Assembly: GCA_951812945.1 (NCBI GenBank)
Contig: CATOTB010000001.1
Span: 393,976 to 457,975, forward strand
DNA: 64,000 bases
Direction of reading: 5' to 3'
DNA from: Candidatus Dadabacteria bacterium
GTDB lineage: Bacteria > Desulfobacterota_D > UBA1144 > Nemesobacterales > Nemesobacteraceae
The position numbers and the translations under genes were made by a program. The notes below the pieces were generated by a model. It made no database searches. It was not told where the DNA came from and was given only the letters and a program-made list of their open reading frames with translations. The first letter of the stretch is position 1, and every line of letters starts with the position of its first letter. Positions 19,392-28,466 of the stretch are shown here, in pieces.

Positions 19392-20519
19392 TCAGTTAAC
19401 GAGTTTTCTGAGCTCTTCAGCGATCGCTTCCAGCTTTTCCTCGGAAACCCCGTATTCCTCAGAAATCCTTTTTATTTCTCTGGAGGATATCTCTGGAGGA
19501 GAACCGGCGGTTTTCTCCACTACCGGCTCTTGCTTCTCCCTGTCAATGAGAAGTTTAGCCACGTCCCACCGAGAATAGTGGCCCAGGGAATCGAAAATGG
19601 CTTTTACAGCTTTTATCTGGTTAGCATAGCAGTCGGCGTAGAGTATCGCATCTTTTTCGAAATGGGGTTCAAAGAGGTATCTGCCGGCGGGATTGACAAT
19701 TGAGCTTCCCCCCCGGGCCCAGCTGCAGTTCATGTGATCCCCGTCGCGCACGTAGTGCCATCTTTCGGGGAAGTCATCGTCGTCAAGATAGCCACAGGCG
19801 CTCAGCACGAATGCCCCCGACTCAAACGCGTGAACCCTTATTAGTGACTGCACTGTGCACCCAGCCCCCGGATCTTCCGTTTCGGCGGCAAGCAGTTTAT
19901 CATCTCCCCTCCTCCAGTTCCCCGGCCAGACCGCCACGTGGAAATCCTGCCCGCTGTAAACCATCGCGGCTCTTACGAGCACCATGTGGTTCTCCCAGCA
20001 GACAAGTCCTCCTATCCTTCCTATGTCTGTGTCGTAGGTGGCTATGTCGCTTCCGTCCCCCTGGCCCCAGTAGATTCTCTCGGTATAGGTCGGCATGAGT
20101 TTTTTGTGTCTGCCGAGCACCCTTCCTTCGCGAGATATAAAAAGAAGGGAGTTGTACACGGTGCGGCTTCCCTTGCGGTCGTCAAGCTCGTTGCAGCCTA
20201 TCACAACGTGAGTGTCGGCTGCACGGGCGGCTTCCGCGAGCATCTCGGTGTCGTCCCCGGGAATCACTATGGAGTTATCCTGAAGCGCGATCATGAAGTC
20301 AGTCCAGTCATGCGGCGGAGTTTCGTAGCCAATGGTGTAGTAGGCCGGATAGCCGGGTATGAAGGCCTCGGGGAAAGCGACGAGTTCCGCCCCGTTATCC
20401 CCCGCTTCCTTTATCATGCGGCATGCCTTCTCAAGAGTCCGCTCCTTGTCCATGAACACGGGAGCAGCCTGGGCAACTGCGACTTTTACTTTCTCCCTAC
20501 CACCTAGAACTTTTCTCAT
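19392..20519 (-). CDS. Nitrilase (carbon-nitrogen hydrolase superfamily, branch 1) with C-terminal extension
   Basis: Catalytic E-K-C context: ELVAFPEAFIPGYP, HKKLMPT, GGLVCWENHM. Confidence 0.8.
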   Translation of the reverse strand: MRKVLGGREKVKVAVAQAAPVFMDKERTLEKACRMIKEAGDNGAELVAFPEAFIPGYPAYYTIGYETPPHDWTDFMIALQDNSIVIPGDDTEMLAEAARAADTHVVIGCNELDDRKGSRTVYNSLLFISREGRVLGRHKKLMPTYTERIYWGQGDGSDIATYDTDIGRIGGLVCWENHMVLVRAAMVYSGQDFHVAVWPGNWRRGDDKLLAAETEDPGAGCTVQSLIRVHAFESGAFVLSACGYLDDDDFPERWHYVRDGDHMNCSWARGGSSIVNPAGRYLFEPHFEKDAILYADCYANQIKAVKAIFDSLGHYSRWDVAKLLIDREKQEPVVEKTAGSPPEISSREIKRISEEYGVSEEKLEAIAEELRKLVN

Positions 20520-20541
20520 AAGCCTTGGGCCACAAATGGGC

Positions 20542-20943
20542 TCAGGTTATTATCCTGCTTCCGCCCTGAGGTCCCCCTTCAGCTTGCTTCTGCTGGTTTT
20601 CCCTGGCCCTCGCGTAGACGAGGTCGAAAAGCCTCTCCTTGAAGTCATTGTCGAAAGCGCACACCCCCGGGATTATGTATCCCATAAGCGCTATCTGGAG
20701 AAAATATTCTGTGTTTGCCTTGAGAAAAGCCTCGTTTATCTCGCCGCCGTATGCCTGCGCGAAATTCTGATATATCTGGTTTCCGAGTTCAGTCGCTATC
20801 TCTACGACACTTTTTGACTGACCTGACGACTGATGGGCTGCTACTCCTAGGTTAAAAGCCATGTTTATGGAGTTCATGAAGTTGTCTGCAACCGTTTCTT
20901 CCGCGTTTGTTTCCTCTTGCGGCTTTGTATCTTCTTCTGACAT
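20542..20943 (-). CDS. Hypothetical protein (acidic N-terminus)
   Basis: ORF with GGGAGAG RBS 6 nt before ATG 20943. No recognisable motif. The annotated ORF extends to 21051, but the RBS supports 20943. Confidence 0.4.
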   Translation of the reverse strand: MSEEDTKPQEETNAEETVADNFMNSINMAFNLGVAAHQSSGQSKSVVEIATELGNQIYQNFAQAYGGEINEAFLKANTEYFLQIALMGYIIPGVCAFDNDFKERLFDLVYARARENQQKQAEGGPQGGSRIIT

Positions 20944-21036
20944 TTTATCTCTCCCGTTATTTTGTATGGTTAAATCATCCTGCCGTATTATACTATATTG
21001 CTGGTTTGATTTTAACAATTTGGCTGGAGGAAAATC

Positions 21037-21510
21037 ATGAAAGCAGACCACCTTATACAGAGACTTGGGCTAAAGAAGCTTCCCGGTGAGGGAGGATACT
21101 ACAAGGAAACTTACAGAAGCGACGAGATGGCCGGAGACGACCGCAATTTATCAACCGCTATCTACTACCTGATAACTTTCGAGGCGAATTGCAAGATGCA
21201 CAGGGTGAGTGCGGACGAGATTTTCCATTTTTACTTCGGCGATCCTGTCCAGCTTCTTCTTCTGTATCCGACAGGAGAGTCGAGGGTAGTGGTCATGGGC
21301 GACAATATTCCCTCAGGTCAGAAACCCCAGCTAATCGTCCCCAAGGGGACATGGCAGGGCGCCATGGTGGTGGAGGGGGACTACGGATACGCTTTTATGG
21401 GAACTACAATGGCTCCTGGGTTTGAGTTTGAGGATTTCGAGCTCGGCGCGCAGGACAGCCTTATGCTGAGATTCCCCCAGCACGAAACCCTGATACGGGA
21501 GCTTACCTAA
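21037..21510 (+). CDS. Cupin superfamily protein, DUF985/YML079w-like
   Basis: LPGEGGYYKETYRS.....R.LSTAIYYLI......HRV.ADEI.HFY.GDP; GGAGGA RBS. Confidence 0.6.
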   Translation: MKADHLIQRLGLKKLPGEGGYYKETYRSDEMAGDDRNLSTAIYYLITFEANCKMHRVSADEIFHFYFGDPVQLLLLYPTGESRVVVMGDNIPSGQKPQLIVPKGTWQGAMVVEGDYGYAFMGTTMAPGFEFEDFELGAQDSLMLRFPQHETLIRELT

Positions 21511-21562
21511 ACGGGAGAGAGAGATTCCAGGGTCTGAAAAACCGGTCATTTTTTTCGACGGC

Positions 21563-21928
21563 GTGTGCGGCGGCTGCAACAGGTTCGTCGATTTTGTCAT
21601 TTGGGCGGATGTCCGCGCGGAAATATTTTTTTCCCCGGTTCAGGGCGAGACTGCCGCTGAGTTCTCCCTCTACCGGAACGAACCCCCGCGCGAGTGGAAG
21701 ATCGCCTACGTTGACGAAAAGGGAGCTTACGAGGGCGCCGACGCCGTTTTTCTAGTTTTCAGGAGGCTTGGGGGGCTGTGGAGGCTTCCCGCGCTCTTCA
21801 TATATGTTCCCCGGTCGGTAAAGGATTATTTTTACGGGATCGTGTCAAGGAACCGCTACCGCATTTTCGGAAAGAGAGAAACCTGCCGGGTGCCATCCCC
21901 CGAGGAGAGGGAAAGGTTTTTACCCTAG
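21563..21928 (+). CDS. DCC1-like thiol-disulfide oxidoreductase family protein (DUF393); start codon ambiguous
   Basis: The conserved ...IFFDGVCGGCNRFVDFV motif begins upstream of the first canonical start (GTG 21563). The open frame extends back to 21494 with no ATG/GTG/TTG. Confidence 0.55.
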   Translation: MCGGCNRFVDFVIWADVRAEIFFSPVQGETAAEFSLYRNEPPREWKIAYVDEKGAYEGADAVFLVFRRLGGLWRLPALFIYVPRSVKDYFYGIVSRNRYRIFGKRETCRVPSPEERERFLP

Positions 21929-22104
21929 AGCGCTGCTTATTCCGATAAAAATGAACAGCGATTCCGACGAGTATACCCTTGCCAAGAAGCACCTTCGTAA
22001 CCACCTCGCTTGTGAACTGATTCCCCTTTCGATTCGTCGACTACTTCGGTATCCGCCAAGAATCCTGCACACCGAGACGGAACACGGCACTTCGGGGTAT
22101 TAGG

Positions 22105-22575
22105 CTAGCTTTGGTTTTTCGTCTCCCGATACAGAGTTTCTGCACGAAGTTTTAATGCCACACCCACATCGCTAAAGCCGCGGCGAATATAACCGCCGAA
22201 GAACAGCGAGACAATTGATGAAAATACACCGCTCAATAGGTCGACATTATGGTAGCTGCAGCTGGTGTCACTTATAGGTTCCAGATGCTGCTCTCGCACC
22301 ACAAACAAAAACCAGGAAGCTCCGAATTTTCTGCTCCAAGCAATAAGGCGTGGTTTTTCAAATGCACATACGGTTTCGGTTATTCTGAATTTCCCCGGTC
22401 CCATTCTTACCAATAGATGGGCGGGCGATCCAATTTTGAAATCGGTTCTGGCTTGAGATGTGAATGGATTCCACTCACCATATTTTTCAACGTCAGTCAG
22501 GACCTCCCAAACGAAGTCAATGGGTGCGTTGATCTGAATACGGTCGGTACTTATACTAAAACTGGTCATTCCCAT
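22105..22575 (-). CDS. SRPBCC superfamily protein (polyketide cyclase/dehydrase-like, START/Bet v1 fold)
   Basis: INAPIDFVWEVLTDVEKYGEWNPF; size about 155 aa. Confidence 0.55.
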   Translation of the reverse strand: MGMTSFSISTDRIQINAPIDFVWEVLTDVEKYGEWNPFTSQARTDFKIGSPAHLLVRMGPGKFRITETVCAFEKPRLIAWSRKFGASWFLFVVREQHLEPISDTSCSYHNVDLLSGVFSSIVSLFFGGYIRRGFSDVGVALKLRAETLYRETKNQS

Positions 22576-23566
22576 CTCTGCTGGCCTTAACTAGAGTTTT
22601 AACCCATGCATCTGAGTTGTCCCATAGAAGTTTCGACACATCCTGGTCTTTTGTCTCGCCGGATGATTCCGCTATTTCGCAGCGCACATAATAATTTCCA
22701 CCTTGAAGTGGGTATTTACTAGCGCACATCACGGAAGTTTGTGCGCCCGATACTGGGCTTAGCAGGACAAAAGATGCGAGTGCGGAACAGATTCGGTTTA
22801 GAAGATACCCGATTTTTCCTTCGAACTCTTCAATCTGCGTAAGATTAGTCATAACAGACCCGGGGTGTACCGCTGCCGATTGGAGGTTGTACTTTCTGGC
22901 AAACCGTCTCTGGATCTCGAAAGTAAAGTGAATTAGCGCTAATTTTGACAGTCCATAGGCGTCCCAGGAGTGGTATTCTCCGCCATCGTTAAACATGCTC
23001 TTGTTTTTCGCTCTGTCGTGCAGGTGGGAAGTCACGTTTATGACTCGCGCATCTCCGCTTTCTAAACCATTTTGCTTAAGAATTGGAAGCAATAAACTCG
23101 TCAGGTGAAAAGTTCCAAGGAAATTGGTTCGCCAATGAATTTCGAAACCATCTTTTGTCATGGGCGGCTTTTTTCTTGGATTAAGAATGTTCTTATGAAT
23201 TCCTGCGTTATTGACAAGCACATGTAGTTGGTCGTTGTAATTTTTTCGGTACCACGTTGTGAAATTATTAACGCTATCAACATCATACAGATCTAACGTA
23301 TAGGCTGTAATCTTCTTTTCGTCAGCGCCAATGATTCGCAAATCTCTCTTTAAAGAACTTTCCATCAATTCAATATCGTGAGTACTGGTGACAACAACTG
23401 TAGCCCCCCAACTTGCAAGTATCTTAGCCGTTTCGTAACCAATTGAATGAGGAGAAGCGCCTGTCACAATGATGTTCCGACTCGACATATCAACTTCTTC
23501 CGCCATCGGCTTGCTCGTAAATAAACACAAGATATGAGCTGCGGATTTTGAGAACGTGTTAGGCAT
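22556..23566 (-). CDS. SDR family NAD(P)-dependent oxidoreductase (retinol dehydrogenase/WWOX-like)
   Basis: IIVTGASPHSIGYETAK (TGxxxGxG), NNAG, and YGLSKLA (YxxxK). An alternative start is at ATG 23506. Confidence 0.75.
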   Translation of the reverse strand: MPNTFSKSAAHILCLFTSKPMAEEVDMSSRNIIVTGASPHSIGYETAKILASWGATVVVTSTHDIELMESSLKRDLRIIGADEKKITAYTLDLYDVDSVNNFTTWYRKNYNDQLHVLVNNAGIHKNILNPRKKPPMTKDGFEIHWRTNFLGTFHLTSLLLPILKQNGLESGDARVINVTSHLHDRAKNKSMFNDGGEYHSWDAYGLSKLALIHFTFEIQRRFARKYNLQSAAVHPGSVMTNLTQIEEFEGKIGYLLNRICSALASFVLLSPVSGAQTSVMCASKYPLQGGNYYVRCEIAESSGETKDQDVSKLLWDNSDAWVKTLVKASRDGNDQF

Positions 23567-23615
23567 GCTGGAGCAACGTTATGTATAAGGTGTGGTCTCG
23601 CCTACAACTAATCTT

Positions 23616-24893
23616 TATATAAGGGAATTATGTATTTAAGTTGACACTTCCATACACTGTTCTTGGCCGAGCAAGGGCAACCCCTTGTTTCTCTCCAATC
23701 CTTCCGGCCATGCGGTGACATTCCCGCCCGCAATCGAAGCTAAGCCTCGATGAAGGATATTTATCGCTGCGTTTACATCCCTGTCCGCCTCATAACCACA
23801 GTCGCATTTATGCGTCCTTACCGACAGGTCTTTCTTCACTGTTGCTCCGCAACTTGAGCATTCCTGCGAGGTTCCCTTGGGATTCACTCCCACCATCTTA
23901 ACGCCAGCACTCTCGGCCTTCTCGTTAAGCAGGGTTATGAACTTGCCCCAAGCCTGCTCAGATATGCTCCTTGCCAAATGCTTGTTGTGAAGCATGTTCT
24001 TTGTCCTGAGTTTCTCTACCGCTATAAAGTCGTACATCCTCGCTATCTCCGAGGTCAGCCTGTGGAGATAGTCTCTTTCCTTGTCCGTAAGCCTCTGCCA
24101 TTCCTTTGCAAGCAAAGATACTGCTTTGCCTCTGTTATTGCTTCCCTTCACCTTGCGGGATACGGAGCGTTGCAGGCGTATCAGCTTCTTTCTGTCTATC
24201 TCCCGCTTCTCCACAGTCTCCCCGTTACTCAAGGTAAGACGCTTCGATACCCCCATGTCTATCCCGACGGGGTTGCTCGCTGGTTTTGCCTCGGGAGTCG
24301 GCAATTCATACGATAACGCCACTTCCGTCCGCACAGGCTTTCTCGTAATTCTGATCGCCTTGAGCATGGAGCTGGACGGCAGTTCCCGGGAAGGCTTCAC
24401 TTCAATGCGGGGAAGCCCCTTTACTTTGAGAACTAACTTGTTTCCCTCACGCTTGAGCATTCGCCAGCACTGATCGTTTATCTCTATGGTTCGCCAGCGT
24501 CTCCGGTTCTTGAAACGGGGGAATCCGGCTTTCTCCTTTGCCTTCACTCGGCGGAAAAACGACTTGTACGCCTTGTCAAGTCTCGATAGCACGCCTCGGA
24601 ACACGATACTGGATACAGCCTCAAACTCCGGCAACTCCGCTCTTACCTGCACAAGTTCCTTGTACTGGTCATAAAGACTGCGACCCTCGCCTGTCTTTCT
24701 GTAGCAGTCAATGCGGGATTCCAGTCCTGCATTGTACAACTCGGCGCTCATCCCAAATATCTGAGACAGCGTCTCATGCCCCGACTTGGATAACTTCACT
24801 CTGCACTTGTAAGTCCTTATCATCACTATATTATACCCGATTTATCAGCCGTTTAAATTGCCTGTCAACTTAAATACATAAGTCCCTTATATA
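23616..24893 (-). mobile_element. tnpB-only IS200/IS605-related element bounded by 31-bp near-perfect terminal inverted repeats
   Basis: Left 23616-23646 is tatataagggaattatgtatttaagttgaca. The reverse complement of right 24863-24893 is tatataagggacttatgtatttaagttgaca (1 mismatch). The repeats enclose only the tnpB ORF. Confidence 0.7.
23636..24826 (-). CDS. tnpB: TnpB (IS605 OrfB family RNA-guided endonuclease), apparently intact
   Basis: N-terminal MIRTYKCRVKL...LYNAG; RuvC-I VGIDMGV; RuvC-II IAVEKL; zinc finger CSSCG...CDCG; RuvC-III ADRDVNAAINI. Confidence 0.9.
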   Translation of the reverse strand: MMIRTYKCRVKLSKSGHETLSQIFGMSAELYNAGLESRIDCYRKTGEGRSLYDQYKELVQVRAELPEFEAVSSIVFRGVLSRLDKAYKSFFRRVKAKEKAGFPRFKNRRRWRTIEINDQCWRMLKREGNKLVLKVKGLPRIEVKPSRELPSSSMLKAIRITRKPVRTEVALSYELPTPEAKPASNPVGIDMGVSKRLTLSNGETVEKREIDRKKLIRLQRSVSRKVKGSNNRGKAVSLLAKEWQRLTDKERDYLHRLTSEIARMYDFIAVEKLRTKNMLHNKHLARSISEQAWGKFITLLNEKAESAGVKMVGVNPKGTSQECSSCGATVKKDLSVRTHKCDCGYEADRDVNAAINILHRGLASIAGGNVTAWPEGLERNKGLPLLGQEQCMEVST

Positions 24894-24947
24894 ACACAAA
24901 TGCGCCTCTGGTACTTGCTCACCCCGCTGCTACGCCAGCTATAGGGC

Positions 24948-25949
24948 TTACTCTCGGGAATTAGCGACTAAGGGCCCACTTGCTTCCCACAACTTGGTTC
25001 CGTTTTCCTTATCCAACGCCGTAGGAGACACGGACTTTCGCTGCATTAAATGCAAGTAGATGCCTGTGTCGGTACCAGCTTCTTCCGCACAGCATAAGTA
25101 AATTACCGGTCCAATAGCTTCTTCTGGAGATTGAAAAAAATATCTCAGCAATGGGTTAACTATAGGTTTCAAAATCGACGGTGTTTCTCGTGAAAGGTTC
25201 GTAGCAACGCCTCCAGGACACATTGAGTGAACTGCAACTTCAGTTTTGCTGCCTGTGTTCAAGCGGCGCGAGAGTTCAGTTGCGAACATACACAGAATAA
25301 GTTTGCTGATACCGTAATACTTGAAGCCATCCTTGAGTCCATAGTCGGTAAATTCCCCGAAATGGTCGAAATCGATAGTATGAGAGGACCGATGAGCCTC
25401 AGATGAAACGAAGATAATTCGCGGTGTTTTTCCAGCTTGGCTGGATGGAGAAATCACGCCGTCTTTCAACCACCGGTCAACCATGATGCGATTCGACAGG
25501 AAATGAACCGCGAACATTGTTTCGTATCCTTGCGGTGTTTTAATTGCCTTTTTGGGCGCCAAACCTGCGTTGAAAACCGCAATATCAATTTTGATGTTGC
25601 GGTTACTCAGACCATCGCAAAGACGGTGTACCGACCGAAGATCTGAGAGGTCTACTTCCATCATTTCTATATTCTCGGAACCGGACAGTCTTTTTATTTC
25701 GTCGCATGTTTTCGTATGACCAGGCCGACAAGCTAAAATCATTTTTGAGCCACGCCTTGCAAGTTCGATGGCAGCGGCTTTACCCAACCCGCTGTTCGCT
25801 CCGGTTATTAGACAAGTTTTGCCATCGATACGTACGTGCTTTGGAACAGGATTCACTTCCGATACCTTGGGTTGCGCCAAATCTCGAGTTGCGATGATTA
25901 TAGCGTCTATGAAAGAACCATCTCCCATTTGATTTGTTTTTCGTTTCAT
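24948..25949 (-). CDS. SDR family NAD(P)-dependent oxidoreductase
   Basis: CLITGANSGLGKAAA (TGxxxGxG), NAG, YGISKLI (YxxxK). Confidence 0.75.
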   Translation of the reverse strand: MKRKTNQMGDGSFIDAIIIATRDLAQPKVSEVNPVPKHVRIDGKTCLITGANSGLGKAAAIELARRGSKMILACRPGHTKTCDEIKRLSGSENIEMMEVDLSDLRSVHRLCDGLSNRNIKIDIAVFNAGLAPKKAIKTPQGYETMFAVHFLSNRIMVDRWLKDGVISPSSQAGKTPRIIFVSSEAHRSSHTIDFDHFGEFTDYGLKDGFKYYGISKLILCMFATELSRRLNTGSKTEVAVHSMCPGGVATNLSRETPSILKPIVNPLLRYFFQSPEEAIGPVIYLCCAEEAGTDTGIYLHLMQRKSVSPTALDKENGTKLWEASGPLVANSRE

Positions 25950-26005
25950 GGCGAGTTCCTCTGCATAGTTTTTCGGTTCTTTATGGTTGTTTGAATTTGC
26001 ATGGA

Positions 26006-27262
26006 CTATTCGAAAGGAATTTCATATTTTTCCCGATAAAAGGAGAAATAATCCTCGATAATTTCCTCGCTCAATCCGAAATCACTTAAATGGTAGACGT
26101 GCCTACCAAAGCGGTTTTGGGGATTTTTTTTCATGAAAGTCTTGGCTTGCTGCACCGCTTCGGCATCAAAATCAACCCCCGCCTTTAGATAAATCCGGTG
26201 AAGCTGAGCAATCGGATCCTGCATCAAGTCGTAGTACGAAACGTCGACGAATCGATCGGCATCTGCTTTATCTCGAGATTGGATGGTTAACTCGATCATC
26301 CTGCGAGCCTTTCTGGACCAGTGTCTGGCGATTTCCTTTGAGTCCACATGATCGCTGAATATGCCGCGGTTGTGAGCAACCATACTGCAGAAAGAAGGCA
26401 TGGTTTTTCGAGGGTCGCGGTGGGTTTGCACGACTGTCGCAGTGGGGAAAACTTTAAGAAACACGTCCAGATATTCCATATGATGCGGTGTTTTGAGTAC
26501 CCAATTGTTGCTGGGGCGGTGCCAGCACAGAATCTTCAACACCTTATGGAAATATTCGTAGGTCTGTGTATGGTCCTGTTCCTCAAGCCACCGGGAGTAA
26601 CTCGGCACATGCATTGTGGCTTCTGGTGCCTGGCTCATAAAGTTTAGATCAAGAAGCATTACATCTTCTTCCGGTTCATTGTGGTCAAGAGGGTGAACTG
26701 CCATGAACTGCGGCGACAAATACGCAATCAGTCGCTGTGCGAGGACTGCATGCACATTTCGAGCGGTCATTCCTTTGGCCTTGTTGCTAGGTGGTAACGG
26801 GTTGAGTGCTTCCACCCCTGACACACCTCGAATATTCGGATGAGAATTCAGCAGCCTGTGCAATATTGTCGTTCCAGTACGCTGCAATCCCGTGATCAGG
26901 ATAATTTTCCCCAAGTTGACGTCGTGTATTTCAGGGTGTTGTTTTAGTAGTTCTTCAATTCGCAAGCGATGAACTAATGCGCTTGTAAGTCGAATTTTTT
27001 GTATCAGCCTGCCGGTTGGGGTTAGCTCGGCTTCTTCATTAATCGAATTTATGAGAATTTCCAACGCGTCAAAGTGACCGTCATCACCAAAATCCTCAAG
27101 CCTCGTTTTTCGAATCGCGCTGGCGGTGAGCGTTTCAATATTCAAAGAACTCGACAATCCGAGATTTTCACTTAGCTTCCCGATGGAATTGAAAATCCTA
27201 ACGGGAAGAGGACGGTGGGGATTCTCATAGTCTGTAGAAGTCGCTAGATTCTTTTTAGCCAT
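26006..27262 (-). CDS. Sulfotransferase family protein (PAPS-dependent)
   Basis: 5'-PSB loop ITGLQRTGTTILHRLL, and RDPRKTMPSF as the 3'-PB motif context. Confidence 0.7.
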   Translation of the reverse strand: MAKKNLATSTDYENPHRPLPVRIFNSIGKLSENLGLSSSLNIETLTASAIRKTRLEDFGDDGHFDALEILINSINEEAELTPTGRLIQKIRLTSALVHRLRIEELLKQHPEIHDVNLGKIILITGLQRTGTTILHRLLNSHPNIRGVSGVEALNPLPPSNKAKGMTARNVHAVLAQRLIAYLSPQFMAVHPLDHNEPEEDVMLLDLNFMSQAPEATMHVPSYSRWLEEQDHTQTYEYFHKVLKILCWHRPSNNWVLKTPHHMEYLDVFLKVFPTATVVQTHRDPRKTMPSFCSMVAHNRGIFSDHVDSKEIARHWSRKARRMIELTIQSRDKADADRFVDVSYYDLMQDPIAQLHRIYLKAGVDFDAEAVQQAKTFMKKNPQNRFGRHVYHLSDFGLSEEIIEDYFSFYREKYEIPFE

Positions 27263-27272
27263 TGCGATTCGT

Positions 27273-28466
27273 TCAATTCAACAACTGCTTAAGGTCAGTT
27301 AACTTGATCAATCTGGTCTGTGGTTGAGGATGTTCCTTCGCGCGCACCCATCTAAAGCACATCGTGCCAGAAGAATGTCCGGCTGTTTGGAGCCAGTTGG
27401 GATGACCGGGATTTTCGTGAGCTACTACTAGGCGAACAGAACCGTCATCTTCATAGTGAGCAAGATGTTTGTTAGTGTGTATCCTGTGATAGCGGTAGTC
27501 GAGTGATTCCATCCAGTAGTTGTTTAATTGGAAGTTCCAATGTTCGCATTGCGGTGGCGTTACTTCTATCAAAAGCGCTTCGTCTTCCGCTATTTTCCAA
27601 TGACTGTGGTAGTAAACGATATTGGGATCACCCCCGGCAGCCAGCGATACTTCCGGATCAAACATTGGCAGTTCGTTGGTATGCTTTTGGAAATCACGAG
27701 CCCACTTGGCAAACAGCAGCGGTGCGCCTGCCACGAGCGTTCCCGCAGTTTTTAGCCCTTCGTCGAGCTGTTTCGGCGTCAACGGAGAAGGACGGCGTTC
27801 ATCTTCGGAACAATTGATCCGTTCTATCCGCAAGTCTGCTGGAGTTTCTGTTTCGCGATCAAGGAAAGTCTGACGTACCACTAATGTGCCAGTTTCCGGT
27901 TTCATGGGAAGCCAGTTCTTACTTTGAGGTTTGCAGCTGAGTATCAGTTCAAAGTACCCGTTTTCGTCGGTTTCTATCTGGTCAGACTCTATATGCCCTG
28001 TTGGAGGCAGTCCCCGTCCTTGCCCATAGTTACCAGATTGAGTGCCAAAGCTTAAGTATGCAATATTGTTGCGCCGCCCTGTAATTTTGTATTCATACTC
28101 GCCGCTGAGGGTCGCTGTCTGGTAGAAGTTATCAGGATTGTCCGCACCTAGCTTAGTTGTTTCGTTGACGACACGATGAAGGGCAGGTGTTTTCGGGTCA
28201 GCATGCTCGATAAATGCCATCAGTCCGGCCCGGGCGATGCGGCTTAAGTACCGATATCCTTCTGCCTGATTGAATGCGTCTTGAGGTGCCTTTGGAAAAT
28301 TTAAAGCTGCCCCCGCAGCTTTTAAAGTGTCGCAGAACTCATCCCAGGACTTTCCGCTAACTACCCGTTGAGCGGCTAAGTCGGCTTCCGTTTTGCCACG
28401 CAGCTTCCAGATGAAAAGAGATATCTGTCGAAACAAGGCGAGAAGACGGATTGCGAATTTTCGCAT
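27273..28466 (-). CDS. Conserved hypothetical protein (possibly DUF1214/DUF1254-type)
   Basis: 397-aa ORF co-oriented and tightly spaced with the sulfotransferase. No catalytic motif recognised. Confidence 0.3.
   Translation of the reverse strand: MRKFAIRLLALFRQISLFIWKLRGKTEADLAAQRVVSGKSWDEFCDTLKAAGAALNFPKAPQDAFNQAEGYRYLSRIARAGLMAFIEHADPKTPALHRVVNETTKLGADNPDNFYQTATLSGEYEYKITGRRNNIAYLSFGTQSGNYGQGRGLPPTGHIESDQIETDENGYFELILSCKPQSKNWLPMKPETGTLVVRQTFLDRETETPADLRIERINCSEDERRPSPLTPKQLDEGLKTAGTLVAGAPLLFAKWARDFQKHTNELPMFDPEVSLAAGGDPNIVYYHSHWKIAEDEALLIEVTPPQCEHWNFQLNNYWMESLDYRYHRIHTNKHLAHYEDDGSVRLVVAHENPGHPNWLQTAGHSSGTMCFRWVRAKEHPQPQTRLIKLTDLKQLLN

Noticed and set aside
19239-20507. Plus-strand ORFs 19239..19703, 19700..20098 and 19938..20507 overlapping the nitrilase
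   Set aside because: They are antisense or shadow frames of the nitrilase gene. They have Arg/Pro-rich low-complexity translations, and the nitrilase has intact catalytic motifs.
22556-25949. Idea that the two SDR genes are a duplicated gene split by the tnpB insertion
   Set aside because: The two SDRs share only family-level motifs (TGxxxGxG, YxxxK) and differ throughout. They are distinct paralogues, not halves or copies of one gene.
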